Source: Mobula hypostoma (taxonomy: Eukaryota). From it: 64,000 nucleotides of DNA. Below the pieces are notes generated by a model. The model saw only the letters and a list, made by a program, of their open reading frames with translations. It did no database searches and was not told the DNA's origin. Within the stretch, counting starts at the first letter, position 1; each line of letters starts with the position of its first letter. The stretch is taken from positions 70,682,001-70,746,000 of the forward strand of contig NC_086108.1 of NCBI RefSeq assembly GCF_963921235.1, in the 5' to 3' direction. A program made the translations under genes and the position numbers. Shown here piece by piece: positions 13,639 through 26,878 of this stretch.

Positions 13639-16149
13639 GTGAGCATGAGATGCCTTATAATTTAGTTTGAAACCTGACACAAATTAAAAATAGAATCAAT
13701 TTCTAATATTCAAAAATTACAGATTCTTTTCTATGAGGAGAACATGATTAGAACCTTATGTGAGAATTTCTAATAATATTCTATTACTGTCTTAATATTT
13801 TCGGTGCTCTGAGATATACATGTCAGAATGTGAAGATCGGAGGAATATGCACCATGTGTAGGAATAAGAGATGAGTGTCAATAGATTTCATTAGCTTAAT
13901 TGATTCCTTTCCAGAGAGGCTACCTGACCTGTTGAGTTCCTCCAGCATTTTTCCTATGTTCTAATAACTTATCCTGAATTATCCAAGGTTTTTACTGTAT
14001 TTAGAATTTCAGTAAATCTTTGCCTATTAATAATCTATCCTTTATGGTGAAACAAACTTGTGTTCTCTCTCAGTTCCAATGAAGGGTTTCAGACCTGAAA
14101 GATTAATTCCATCACCTGCGTGTGTGGATAGAGAAACACAAATGATTCTACCATTTCCTGGTTTTTATTCTGTTTTGCACAGTTTTGAAAAGTGCATTCT
14201 TTGTTTTGCTGAAATAGAGTTTTGAATTTTTTTAGATATTACATCAAGTTAACAGCAATAGTTCTCAACCTTCCTTGCCCTGTATCTTATCCCATCCCGC
14301 CTTTTCACAGACACACAACCTCTAGAACTTTAGGCAAGTGACCATTTGCCTCTTGTGATTTGAGACTTGTTGTCACTGAACAATATAAGGAATTACAAAG
14401 TAAGTTGTAATTTATAAATAATCATAATTTTTATGCAGAGCACATTTCTAGTTCCCATGTTCATGTAAAGTAGAAGATTCTGATGACATACAAAAATTTG
14501 TTTGTTAGTTCTTTCTCTCCCCACAGATGCTGCTTGACCTCCTAAGTATTTCAAGCATTTCTGTCTCTTTTTTTTTACTTACCGTGACTTTCATATCCAC
14601 CAACTTGAAAATGTAACTAAAATGATTTTAATTTGGCATTTGCTAACATTCTTGGTTGCCAGCTACTGAATTAAAACCATTTTAGTTACGCTATAGTTCT
14701 CAATTCCCTGATCTTTCAAACATTTATTTACCTCCTCAAGCCTGGGACTGAGAATTCTGAAGATTCACCACTCTCTATACGACTTTCCTATGCACCTCAG
14801 TTGTTAATGGTGGTTCCTATAAGACCTGGTTTTGTTTCACATATATTTGTTTTTAATTAAGGCTTACAGTCTACTTGGTTCACTTTTGTAATATCTCCAG
14901 ACTTTGCCAGGACCTACACTTCATTCTAGATCATTTATAATAATGCTAAAGCTGAGCTCCTGAAACAGGCCCCCTTGGGAATTTACTGCATAACTACTTT
15001 CCAGCTGATGATATTTTCTATTCCAATAAAACTTTGAGGTCAGGCAATTACATATATACTGTTAAATGTTTTTTATTATTTCCCAAGCAGGTATGTTCTA
15101 TACCCCGTTCTGGGATACTTGTTTACTCTTCCATGGTTATGTAGCTTAACGTTGTATGATGCAGTAAGAAGACTGATGGATGGAAGATTGAGGAAAAAAC
15201 AATAATGGTTGTTTCACCTGAATGCCATCAAACTGAACTTCCAGTAATCCATCTATTATCCACAACTATTTTAATGGTTATCTGCAAGAATATACAATAT
15301 TTTAAAAACACTTGTAGTGATTTTTTGTCTTTAAATTGATAACTCAAACATTTCTGCAAGGGGCAAATACTCAATGGAGGTAGGTGACATAGTGGGCAGG
15401 ATTATGAACTCCTGAGGAATAACTATTTTGCTGATCTGGGCCAGAGGTAGTAAACCTGATTCAGTAGCTCATGGTTTTGGTACCTGACTATTAATTAGAT
15501 AGTACTTGACTTAAATTTGTGGCTAAGTAACCTAGGGCCAATTTTAAGAGCAAGCAAGTACATGTTGATTTCAGAGCTAAAATCCAATAAAAGCCAGCAA
15601 TTAAGCGATTGACACCAATCAGGACTTGGTGTGGGAATTCTGAACTTGCTGGAGCACACATGCATAGTTGTATGTAAATGTAAACAGAATCTGTGGTATT
15701 TCCCAGAAAATACAGGCCTTGTAAATGTAAAATGAAAAGAAAAGAGTGCTAGAAATGTTCAGAAGATCTCACAATGCTAAAATGTTAATGTTATTTCTTT
15801 CTCTACTGTTATCAGATTTGCTGACTATTTTGGGCACAGTGTTATTTTTATTTTAGACTATTAGCATCTCTATTATCTGCCTTTGTTTATAAATCCAGCA
15901 TTTAATATAATAATCTTAACACAAGAGTGACAGTAATTGAATGTAAACTGATAATGTTATTCAGAATGAATGAGTGCTGTGAGAAGTGGAAAGTTTTTCC
16001 CAAAGGTTGAGTTGTCCTCATCTGAAATTGGGTGTAGATGTGGAAGAAATCTACGTTTGATGCATACATGCACCTTGGAATGGCTTATCTACAAAACACA
16101 TCCTGCCAACCCCATGTGGCCTTCCACTGATCACATACCTCTCAAGCAC

Positions 16150-16660
16150 CAAGATCACTACTTCTAGATTTGCTCATCTCTGTTCCTGCTGCTGGAACCC
16201 CGTTCATTCACACTCCATTCCTTAGTCACCTCAGAATCTAACTGCTTCACTGTTCTTCTGGCCAGCAACCCCTTTTGCATCCTAGCAAAGTGTTCATACC
16301 AAAATCTGTTCATTCCTCTCACTGGCCTCCATTCCACCATCCTTTCTGTGTTTCTTGATTCAAGTGAGTCACCAGTTAGGTCGCAAACTGATTTAAAAAT
16401 TCTTGTCTTTATTTCTAAATCTCTCCATGACCTCAGCTCTTGCTCTGTCAAAACCCTTCTGATGTACTACAAGCCTATTACCTCTCCAATTCTGCTGTCT
16501 TGCATTTCCAAGTTTAATCCTTCCTCTATTTAAAGTGTGTCCTAAGCTGTCATATCTTTAACTGTGAAACGCCCTTCCTAAATGTTACTGCCACTCTCTC
16601 TCTTTGCTCCTTTAAGACTATCTTAAAAACATCCTCACATTTTTGATTGCCTGTCGTAAG
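16150..16660 (+). mobile_element. Ancient L2-like LINE fragment in GPX7 intron 2
   Basis: gatttaaaaattcttgtctttatttctaaatctctccatgacctc (DLKILVFISKSLHDL); a similar piece lies at about 5620-5900. Confidence 0.45.
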
Positions 16661-16863
16661 TGCAGTCAGGGAACAAATTCAAATTTCTAACACCCCCCAG
16701 TAATTTTCCTGCACATCCTGATGGTTTTGTGAAATGCACTGATATGTGTCCTACGTTAAGTATGCTTTTACAAGTCAGGGTAGAGTATAGCTGTACAATC
16801 AGGGAAAAGTAAATGGAAGTCTGTACACCTAAAAACTGTTTGTTTTTCTTCATTCCTTTGTAG

Positions 16864-17027
16864 ACTCCATTGGTAAGGAGCCAGACTGGAATTTCTGGAA
16901 GTATCTTGTGGATCCAAATGGTAAGGTGGTCAATGCTTGGCCACCTAATGTTTCAGTTGTAGAAATAAAGCCACAAATTGTATCGCTAGTGAGACAACTC
17001 ATAGTGAAACGCAAAGAAGAATTGTAA
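16864..17027 (+). CDS. GPX7: Glutathione peroxidase 7, last coding exon (exon 3)
   Basis: Acceptor ...cattcctttgtag; phase-1 join (G+AC=Asp) keeps frame with exon 2. Translation DSIGKEPDWNFWKYLVDPNGKVVNAWPPNVSVVEIKPQIVSLVRQLIVKRKEEL*, with the WNFWKYL GPx motif and a C-terminal KDEL-like signal. TAA at 17025-27. Confidence 0.96.
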
Positions 17028-17242
17028 CCTGACCCTGAATTAATGTTCTATAATTCAATTGCACATTCAATTGGTCAATAGTTTGTGTTTTAAGTTTTGT
17101 TTTGTGAAGCCCATTAATTTGTATGAACCATAATATTGTGTTTTTCTCAAATGCAAGAAAAAAGCCAATTCAACCACTATTTATACAGTGTTACAATTTA
17201 CCTGTCTTTTTTAAGAAAAACATATGTTTAACTTCAGTAGTG

Positions 17243-17432
17243 CAAACACGAGAAAATCTGCAGATGCTGGAAATCCAAGCAACACACACAAAATGCTGGT
17301 GAACGCAGCAGGCCAGGCAGCATCTATAGGAAGAAGTACAGTCGACGTTTCGGGCGGAGACCCTTTGTCAGTACTTCTTCCTATAGATGCTGCTTGGCTT
17401 GATGTGTTCCACCAGCATTTTGTGTGTGCTGC
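17243..17432. mobile_element. Palindromic PLE-terminus mini-element in the probable GPX7 3'UTR
   Basis: Inverted arms at 17279-17339 and 17371-17432 surround a hammerhead-like core on the minus strand. Confidence 0.8.
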
Positions 17433-18831
17433 TTTAACTTCAATAGTTCCATATGAAATTTACACAAGTTTTGTTTATTGTGCTGAGGAAATGAGCAGAA
17501 TTCATGGAAGTTCTAAAAAAAAATAATTACAGGTTAAAACTCATTATGTCATACCAGTTCTTCAATATTAGGAAAAATGGGCCCATTTCTCCATTCCTAA
17601 GGGGTAATTTTAATTTGGAATTTAAAATTACAATTTTGATTTTAAGGGAATAGGACAAGGGAATAGGCTGAGCACTACATGTGATTTTAACATCAGTCCT
17701 TTTCAATTGACAGTGTGAATCAGATGGAAAGGGCTATTTAGGTGATGGGTGGCAGTGGAAGTCTTAAGGTACCCTGGAGGTTCAGCCCGATCTGTTGAGA
17801 GAGTGGACAGTCTACGGCAAGGTAGACCTCACTTTTTCTTTTATGATCTTTAAAAGTCTTCCAGTTTCTTTTGGCCCCATAGGGAGTTTTATTTTAAACA
17901 CTTCTCTTCTTGTTGTACATACTCACGCACCCACTAAAGGTCATATTTAAAGTTCCATTTGAGGCCTGATTTGGTACTTTTACTCTTTGGTTAAAATCTG
18001 GATTGAACAGAGACAAAACCACTGTTTAGTCACACAATCGGTAAGCAATTTTATTGCCTAGGAATGGAAGTGTAGGGTTAAAAAATGCTTTTCATCTACA
18101 CTCCATCTTCCTGTTAGTGCATGATAAATGTGAAGAGTAGAAGTGATGCTTTTTTTTGGGAGGAGAACACATGTTAAGGAGATGCCCAACATCAATTTTA
18201 TTTAATTGTGTGGCATAGTAGTGTTATGGTTGGACTGCTCTAAGGCAGGGAAGAATAATTATTTTTACTTACAATCATACTTGTGTCTCTCCCGCGACTG
18301 GATGTAATTAACAAAATTTTGCGGTTCAAATTCTTAGCTTGTGAGAGAAAATTTATCATTTGTGGATTAACAATTTCCTTTAAAGTTTATAGTAGATGGG
18401 TTTTTGTTCCCCTTTTCTAATGCAACAGCCTTTAACCTCCAGGAAGATAACCTCTGCTCTGCTCTTACTAAAGAGGACAGGGAATGGATGTAGAAAAGTA
18501 GGGCATGCCTTCGATTTTCCGTTCATTTGGGACCCTCCACAAAAATATAACCCAGACTGAAATAACTATTGAACCATACTATTGTTTTAAATTATATTAC
18601 ACCATAGAAAAAAATCTTATTTGTGATGCAGCATGTTCAATGCATTTTTTAAACCAATTTCCCAGAAATATTGTGTCATGTATTACTAGGTCAAAGGTTA
18701 GTTTCCTATTGGATCTGTTTTTGCTTTCATATTGGTGCTGCTTTATGACAGTGTTCTTAATGATAAGGTTTCCTGCAATTCTCCAGTTCTGCTGAATGGG
18801 TACCTGAGGAAACTGTTCAATGAATACATGG

Positions 18832-18837
18832 AATAAA
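18832..18837 (+). terminator. Candidate GPX7 polyadenylation signal (AATAAA)
   Basis: First canonical AATAAA I found after the stop, about 1.8 kb downstream, followed by T-rich sequence. Another AATAAA lies at about 19221. Not verifiable without RNA data. Confidence 0.4.
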
Positions 18838-19334
18838 ATTTTGTATCACTTCAAATTCATATTGCCTCATTCGTAAGTGTACAGTAGGTCATAGTTACAA
18901 TCTCCTCTCTATCCACGCTTCATTGTAGCTCAGATCAGAAATTGGTATCTCCTATTCTATCCAGCATGGACAATTTTATTTGTTCAACTAGATGACAGGC
19001 ACTGGTATGTGACAAATGATTAGAGATTAGTGTTTTTTTTTGTGTAATCATTTTTAATTATTGGAGTAACAAACTTAATGGTATTATGCTATAAACATTT
19101 CCATTTTTGTTCTTTACAACAGTGAATTTTACAGTAAACTGAAACAGACATGACAAACTAAAAGCTAAACTAGAAAGTACGTTATTATATATGACTTCCA
19201 TTTTCTATAAAGTGAAGAAAAATAAACCTTTTGCCAAGAGAAAACGTTTTTTTTTAAAGATCATCTATACTAAACGGTGTTTTGGAAATGAAGATAAGGG
19301 CTTTCTGAATAGAGAAAATTATTCAGCCTACTCT

Positions 19335-19620
19335 CTGAGTGGACCATCAAGCACCTATTTGCACTAAATCTACATCACACTAAATTTATGTGATCCCCAC
19401 CTCTCCTGAGATTCTGCTGCTCATGGACTAGAGGCAATTTATAGTGACAATTAACTTATCAACCCACACGTCTGTGGGATATGTGAGGAAAGTCGAGAAC
19501 CTGGAGGAAATGCACATGGTCACGGGGGAATGTGCAAACTTTACGCAGCACCAGAGATCGGTGTTGAAACTGGATCACTGGAGATGTGAGACAGCAGCAC
19601 CATTAACTGTGCCACTACTA
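19335..19620 (-). mobile_element. tRNA-derived V-SINE (HE1-like)
   Basis: Central V-domain-like text gaggaaagtcgagaacctggaggaaatgcacatggtcacgggggaatgtgcaaact and a tRNA-like B-box region. Recognised from recall. Confidence 0.65.
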
Positions 19621-21219
19621 TAGCACTGACTTCTTGACCCTTGTCAAACAATATTATTTTCCTGGCATATAACCTGTTATAAATTCTTAATTACGTTTGT
19701 GCTTAATTGTACCTTGCTGTCTCCCATCCTTATGCCATGTCTCAGGTTGTTCTCTGGGCCGCTATCACAAAATTTAGTTCTGTTCTGATGACGTAAATGA
19801 GGATCAGGAGATAGGGTGGCTCTTGTCTCAAGACCTTGTCTCTGATATTGATGGTTCCAGTTCCTCTTAAAGCTTCTGGGTATTCTCTTCATCTTCCAGC
19901 ATTCATAGGTACAGTAAAACTCTCGACAATCTGACACTCGTGACATTGATCGGCAGTATTGGACATTGTTCCAACTAACACGGTCAGTGCCTTTTCATAT
20001 GTTACATAGTAGAATGATAAATGTTCTAAGGAACCTGGTAATTTTGAAGGGAGCAACAACCCATCTGCTGAAGGAACTGAGTGGGTTGAACAGCGTCTCT
20101 GGGGTGAAAAAAATTGTCACCATCTTCATTTGAAACTCTGCCTCTGGACACAATTCAGTTCCATTATCCCCACAGGTGCTGCTCAACCTGTGGCATTCCT
20201 CCAGCATATTGTTGGTCCAGGTCCCAATATTTCCAGTCTTTTGTGCCTCCTTGTTTCAAAGGGATTTTGGAGCCAGGGACCCAGTGAACAGGAAGGGAGC
20301 GGGGGGAATGGGGGAGTTGGAGTGAAGTGCAGCAACATCACCTAATGAGCCCGTTGATGAACCATCAGGGTTTCTGAGTAGTTGGAGAGCAGACTATCAA
20401 TTTTACTTAGGATATAACAAAGATCACTGCAGTCCACTCTGCTGAAGTAAGACACCAACTATGATCTTCATGAATAACAGAGCAAGTTTTTAAAGCTCAG
20501 GAGGTCTCTGCCTGCTCCTTTTTCTTATATTTTCATGGAAGCAGGAATTGGCATTTTAATCCTTTATAGTTGCTCTCTTTATCATTAAAATCTTTTAACT
20601 TTGCTCCACTAACTTCATATCCCTTAATATTTAAACACCTGGTGAGCTCTGTATTGAATATACTTAACCTTTGTGCTGTCGGAGATGATGCCTCCTGCTT
20701 CTTCCTACCCACGTACCAGGAAATTTCAATCCTATATCCACCCTATCAAATCCCATAGGAGCTTTCTATATTTTAATTCTTTCAAACTCGGGCCTAGCTC
20801 TTGTCTGTTTAAATATCTGCTCTTAGAACATATGGTGGTTCACTTTTAAGTGTGTTTCGGATGGTCTAGAAAAGTGATGGTGTCCTTGTGACCTTGTTCT
20901 TAGTAAAGATCACAGGTTTGACAAGCCTGTTGAAGTAGCCTTGGGTTGTAATTATAGTTCATTTTGTGTATGATACGAACCTGCAGACCTGGTGTATTGC
21001 CAATGGATCCTGGAGAAAAGGAGGAAGTTACAAAGGTTGTGGGGTCAAGACTGAAGGGTGCTAAATTGCCTTGATTTTGGAATAACAATTAGGCATCTGA
21101 TCTGTAGATTTTTGGTCACTTAATAATAATGTAGAAAGATAAAAAAGAAAGAATTCAAAGAGAATATTTTTGGATTGGCCTGGTGTTAGTTTCTCATTAT
21201 CAGAACCATATTACCGATA

Positions 21220-21635
21220 GAAACAGGGACACCTCTATTTCCCTTATTAGGGAGAGAGAGCGCCTGTGGTATGCTGAATTACCAGGTGAACAAGTAGCCT
21301 TTGGGGTACTGCAAGTCTGTGTCTTTATTGAAACTTTGCTGCATGCTTGAGTGCTTGCTGGGTGAGGGGGTGCCATTGCTTTGCTGCTGATGCGTGGGAG
21401 AGGGGAGCTGGGGGGGGTTTGGGGATGTGTGGGGGGGAGCTGGGTGGTGTTGGGGATGTGTGGGGGGAGATGGGATTTGGGGATATGTGGGGGGGAGCTG
21501 AGGGGTTTGGGGTTCTAACATTCAATTGTCATTCTTTGGGGCACTCCTCTGTCTTCACGGATGTTTGCGAAGAAGGACGACTTCAGGATGTATACATTTC
21601 TCTGACATTAAATGCACATATTGAAACCTATTGAA
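21220..21635 (+). mobile_element. Non-LTR 3' end / non-autonomous element
   Basis: Ends attaaatgcacatattgaaacctattgaa; a related reverse-oriented copy lies at about 23410-23750. Confidence 0.45.
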
Positions 21636-22599
21636 TGAAAACCAACATGGAAATTCAAAACAAAATTGTTGTTCTGAAAAAACAAATTGGATGTAATGGA
21701 AAATCTTGTGAAGAAAGTGTTGAAAAGCTGAAAGAAGAAATCAATTAGTTTTGCTCAAATTGATGATCCTTCAGAAAGAAGGATTAATGTGGAATTCAAA
21801 TTTATTTACAACGCACATGTATAATTCATGAAGCAGTGATTTTTAGTGCTGGGGGGCAGGGTAGAATTTTTGGTTCAGTTAGAAGATTGTCAACTGTAGA
21901 TATTTTGTTGTATTACTGTTTATGAAGTTTCTGTTTTCTTCTGATTAAACAAATTTGCTTTAAATTTATAATTGGACCTGATGTTATAATTTAAAGACCA
22001 GAGTTAACTAATGAAGATCAAGTTTAATACCTGAAAGCATTTATTACAAACATTTGTAGCTAATAACTGGTAGCTGCTGAATGGACTTTAGACTGTCAAA
22101 TTTGAGGTAGGGATTAGTTATCAAAATGAAATGTAGTGAACAGACATGAGATCTGGAATAGCCTATTTCTATTGAAGATGAATTCAGCTGTAATCCCATT
22201 GACCTAAAGGGCTCTCAACCACAGAGCTTCCATGAAGGGCTGTGACTTTATTGCACGAGAGACACCCAGGCACGTGTGTTGCCTTATTCATGGCTCACAG
22301 GAAATGGAAGTTCACTTAAGATTAAAATTGGAGTGCATGCACTATGAAGTCAAGTTCATAAATCTCAAACAACCTATCATTAGATATGATTTTTATTTCA
22401 CACACAAACACAAGCCTCTGATATTAGGTCTCTCAGTAGAAAGTAACTTGAAATCCCAATTCCCTTAGTCTTTGAGATGGAGATTGCAGTTGCCTGTATT
22501 ATTCATCATCTGTGTTATTTTCTAGTATTATTGAGAATAATATATTGAAGACTAGTTGCATCAACACTACATGCTGGCAAACATGAATAATCTGAAACT

Positions 22600-23405
22600 G
22601 GAGAGATTCTGCAAATGCTGGAAATCCAGAGCAGGTCAGGCAGTATCTAGGGAAATGAATAAACAATCAATGTTTTGGGCTCTTTCATTAGGACTGGAAA
22701 GGAAGGGAGAAGATGCCAGAACAAGAAGGTGGGATTGGGGGGGGGGCAGGGGAAGGAGTACAAGCTAGAAGGTGACAGGTGAAGCCAGGTGGGTGGGCGA
22801 GGGAGGACGAAGGTGACAGGTGAAGTTAGGTGGGTGGGGGAGGGAGGATGAAGGTGACAGGTGAATCCAGGTGGGTCGGGGAGGGAGGATGGAGGCGACA
22901 GGTGGTTAGGTGGGTGGGGGAGGGAGGATGAAGGTGACAGGTGAAGCCAGGTGGGTGGGGGAGGGAGGATGAAGGTGACAGGTGAATTCAGGTGGGTCGG
23001 GGAGGGAGGATGGAGGTGACAGGTGAAGCCAGGTGGGTGGGCGAGGGAGGATGAAGGTGACAAGTGAAGCCAGGTGGGTGGGGGAGGGAGGATGAAGGTG
23101 ACAGGTGGTAAAGGACTGGAGAAGGAGTCTGATAAGAAAGTGGAGCATGGGAGAACAGGAAGGAGGGGAGACACCGGGGGAGATGATAGGCAGATGAGGA
23201 GAAGAGAAGAGGTAAGAAGGGAGCTGTTGGGGAGGGGGGGGGGAGAGAAGGGCAAAAAAGTTACCAGGTTGGAGAAATTAATGTTTATGTCGTGAGGTTA
23301 GAGGCTACCTAGATAGAATATGACTTGTTGCTGCTCCAACGAGAGACTGGCCTCATTGTGGCAGTAGACAACGCCATGACCCGACATGCCAGAATGGGAA
23401 TGCGT
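22600..23405 (-). mobile_element. PLE 3' terminal fragment containing an expanded minisatellite
   Basis: Same terminal repeat family (ctgcaaatgctggaaatcc...) followed by a purine-rich segment like 47695-48300. Confidence 0.65.
22770..23107 (+). repeat. 41-bp G-rich minisatellite, about 8 copies
   Basis: Unit aggtgacaggtgaagccaggtgggtgggggagggaggatga, repeated in tandem with point variants. Confidence 0.92.
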
Positions 23406-24267
23406 TCAAAGGTTCATTTTATTGTCCAAGTGTGCATGAACAATACAACTCTGATATTGGTCTTCTCCAGATAGCCATGAAATACAGAAAAATCATGGCA
23501 GTTGTTGAAGGAAAAGGCATCAACTAACCCCCCCACCATGAAAGAAAAAGAAACAAAACTCGTAAACCCTAAAATCCCTCTCCCTTGCAGAGAAAAGAAC
23601 AATGACAATAGCATCAAATCCCCAACCCCCTCCTCTTCAGATAAAAACAGCAATAATAACATCAAATCTCCAACCACCCCCCCCCACTCATGAACAGAAC
23701 AGTGACAGTAGCATCCAAACCCCCGAACCCTTCTTACACACAAAAACTAAGAGATCCTGAGAGAAGCTCACTGATTAAGACTGGACTGCAAGCTGCAAGT
23801 TAAGCAGGTTGCACATTTTACCATACAGTCACAAAGGAGAAAAATTAAAAGTGCAAGATTCACTGCCAAGTTACTGAATGTTCCTGAGAAGTTTCTGCGA
23901 TTTTAATAACTCTCTCAGCAAAGAAGAACAAAATAGCACAAAATATTTTGTTCAGAAACAAAATGGACTTTTGATTATATTCTGTGGGATGTGAACATCA
24001 CAATTATTTTTCATTTCTAATTATTCCTGAGATGAAAATCTTCCTGACTTGCAACAGTCACATATCAAAGCTATTTTCAGAGTACTTTTAGATCGGGATT
24101 TTAATGGTATTGGCTCAGCATTAATGAGATTGGTATAGATAAACATTATTAGAATGAAGCAGCTTAAAGAAACATGCTCTTTTGATGTCTTAGTGAAGCA
24201 AACCTGAGATAATGTGTGTGCTCAAGGGCTTCTTTTTTATTTCACCTGCTGCTGTTAGGTAATCATA

Positions 24268-24645
24268 AACACAGGAGGTTCTGCAGATGCTGGAAGTCTT
24301 GAGCAACACACACAGAATACTGGAGGAACTTGGCATATCAGGCACCATCTATGGAAAGGCCGAGACCCTTCATCAGAATTGGAAAGAAAGGGGCAGAAGC
24401 CAGGATCAAAGTGTGTGGGGGCAATAAAGAGTACAAGTTGGTAGGTGATAGGTGAGGGAGAAGGTGGGTGGGTGGGGAGGGAAGGATGAAGTAAGAAGCT
24501 GGGAGATGATAGGTAGAAGAGGTAAAGGACTGAAGAAGAAAGAATCTGACAGGAGAGAACAATGGACCAAAAAAATGAAGGGAACTGATGGGCCGACGAA
24601 GAGAAGAAAAGGAGTGAGAGGGGAACCACAATTGGGAATGGAGAT
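24268..24645 (-). mobile_element. PLE terminal-repeat fragment
   Basis: ctgcagatgctggaagtcttgagcaacacacac...gccgagacccttcatcag followed by a purine-rich segment. Confidence 0.65.
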
Positions 24646-24749
24646 CTTGTTGAGTTCCTCCAGGATTGTGTGTGTGTGTGTTGTTGGCTAATGCTCTGAT
24701 CTCCACTACTACTGTATTTAATTGGCAACTGTTTCTTCCAACCTTGACT

Positions 24750-25595
24750 ACAAGAAGAGGTGACCGGAGGACCATGAGCCAGTCCTCATCAGGGAATCAG
24801 AGGTAGAAAGTGCCAGTAACTTTAAATTCTTCATGCTATCATTTCAGAGGTTCTGTCCTGAGTCCAGCACGTAAGTCACATTACAAAGAAGGCACATCAG
24901 CACCTCTACTTTCTTAAGAAGTTTGCAAAAATTCAGCATGTCATAAAAAATCTTTTGACAAATTTCTATAGGTGCACGATAGAGAGTCTGGTGACTGGTT
25001 GCATCATGGCCTGGTATGGCAACACCAATGCTTCTGAATGGAAACGCCTACAAAAAGTAGTGGATACGATCCAGCACATCACAGGTAAAACCCTCCCTAC
25101 GACTGAGCACATTTATACGGAGTGTTATCGCAGGAAAGCAGCAGCCATCATTAAGGACCCCCACCATCCAGGCTGTGCTCTCATCCCACTGCTGCCATCA
25201 GGAAGGTAGCACAAGAGCCTTGGATCCCACAACACCAGGTTCAAGAATTATTATTACCATTGATGATCTGTCCAGAACAAGAGTGGATTACTTCACTCTC
25301 CTCAACACTGAGCTGATTCCACAATTTATGGATTAACTTTCAAGGACACTACATCTCATGTCCTCAATGTTATTTGTTTATTTATTTATTATTATTTCAT
25401 TTCTTTCCATTTTTGCATTTGCACAATTTGTTGTCTTTTGCATATTGTCTTTTGTTTGCATTTGTTTGTGTGCAGTTTTTCATTTGTTCTATTGTGTTCC
25501 TTGATTTTCTATGAATGCCTACAGGAAAATTAATCTCAGGTTTGTACATGGTGACATATATGTACTTTGGTAATAAATTTACTTTGAAATTTTAA
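24750..25595 (+). mobile_element. Rex/Babar LINE 3' fragment
   Basis: Peptide NFYRCTIESLVTGCIMAWYG...IIKDPHHPG; tail aataaatttactttgaa. Confidence 0.75.
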
Positions 25596-25704
25596 CCTTG
25601 ATGTCTGTTCAGTCTCTTAACACTGTTAATGCTGTCTTAATTCTGAGACAGATCAATAGAAATTAATTAGATACAAAAGTTTAAATTGGTCTTTGTACTG
25701 GTAA

Positions 25705-26878
25705 TGGTTTATTATTGTCATATGTACCAAACTACAGTGAAAAGCTGGTATGCAATATATATAACATACTGATTATACAGATCAAATCATTACATAATGC
25801 ATTGAGCTAGAATACGTTAAAACAATAACAATGAGAATTAAGTATAAAAGTTGCCAAAGAAGTGCAGTGTAGGTAAATGATAAAGGGCAAGATCATAAGG
25901 ATGTAGATTGTGATGTGAAGTGTCCATTCTCTCCTGCATGAGGTACATTCAAGAGTCATATAGAAGTGGAATAGAAACTGTCCTTGGAGCCCGGTGATAC
26001 ATGCCTTCAGCTTTTGTATCTTCTGCTTAAGAGGAGAGAGAAGAGCAAATGTCTGGGGTAGGTGGGATCTTTGATTATACTGGTTGTTTCACTGAGACAA
26101 TGGGAAGTACAGACAGAGTCCATAGAGGGGAGGCTGATTTCTTGACTTGTGTCCACAACTCTCTGCAGCTTCTTGAGACCATGTGCAGAGCAGTTGGCAA
26201 ACCAAACCATTTTGTGTCCAGACAGAATGCTTCCTATGAGGCAGCAATAAAAATTGGTCAGAATTGATGGGGACATGCCACATTTCTTTAGCTGTCTAAG
26301 GAACTAAAGTCATTGGAGACAGCTTGGCGTAAAATCAACGTGGTTGGAGCAGAGCAAGTTCATGCTGATGTTCACGCTTAGGAACTTGAAGCTTCAATCC
26401 TCTCAACCTCAGCACCATTGATGTACAATAGGTAGGAGCATGTGCACTGTCACCTTCCTGAAGTTAATGATCAGCTATATTGTTTTGTTGACAATGAGCC
26501 AAAAATTGCTGTTATGTCACCAAGCTCTCTATCTCCTTTCTGTACTCTGATTCATCATTATTGGAGAGGTTGGCTATGATGCTGGTATCATTGGCAAACT
26601 TGTAGATGGTGTTAGAGTGACATCTGACCACACAGTCATGAGTGTACAGGGAGTAGAGCAGGGGACTGAGGACGCAATCTTGTGGAGCACCAGTGATTAG
26701 AATAATTGTGGCAGAGGTGTTGCTGCCTATTCTTACTAATTCTGGTCTGTTGGTCAGAAAGTCAGGGATCCATTTGCAGAGGGAGGCATTGACTCCCGGG
26801 GTCCAGAGTTTGCCGATGAGTTTGATTGGAATAATAGTATTGAAGGCAAAATTGTAGTCAATAAGTCTGATATAGGTC
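25705..26878 (-). mobile_element. Rex/Babar LINE RT/3' fragment
   Basis: Peptide [12 protein letters not shown]...[21 protein letters not shown]...KFANDT. Confidence 0.8.

Noticed and set aside
13377..18840. Selenoprotein GPx with a SECIS element
   Set aside because: The active-site codon is TGT (Cys), and the 3' hairpin is a transposon palindrome rather than a SECIS.
19540..19620. tRNA gene
   Set aside because: Degenerate tRNA-derived SINE head attached to a V-SINE body; no intact cloverleaf.
22770..23107. CRISPR-like array
   Set aside because: Units are contiguous tandem copies without unique spacers; vertebrate context and no cas genes.
22647..23255. 202-aa Pro-rich ORF
   Set aside because: Translation of the minisatellite's C-rich strand; no gene structure.
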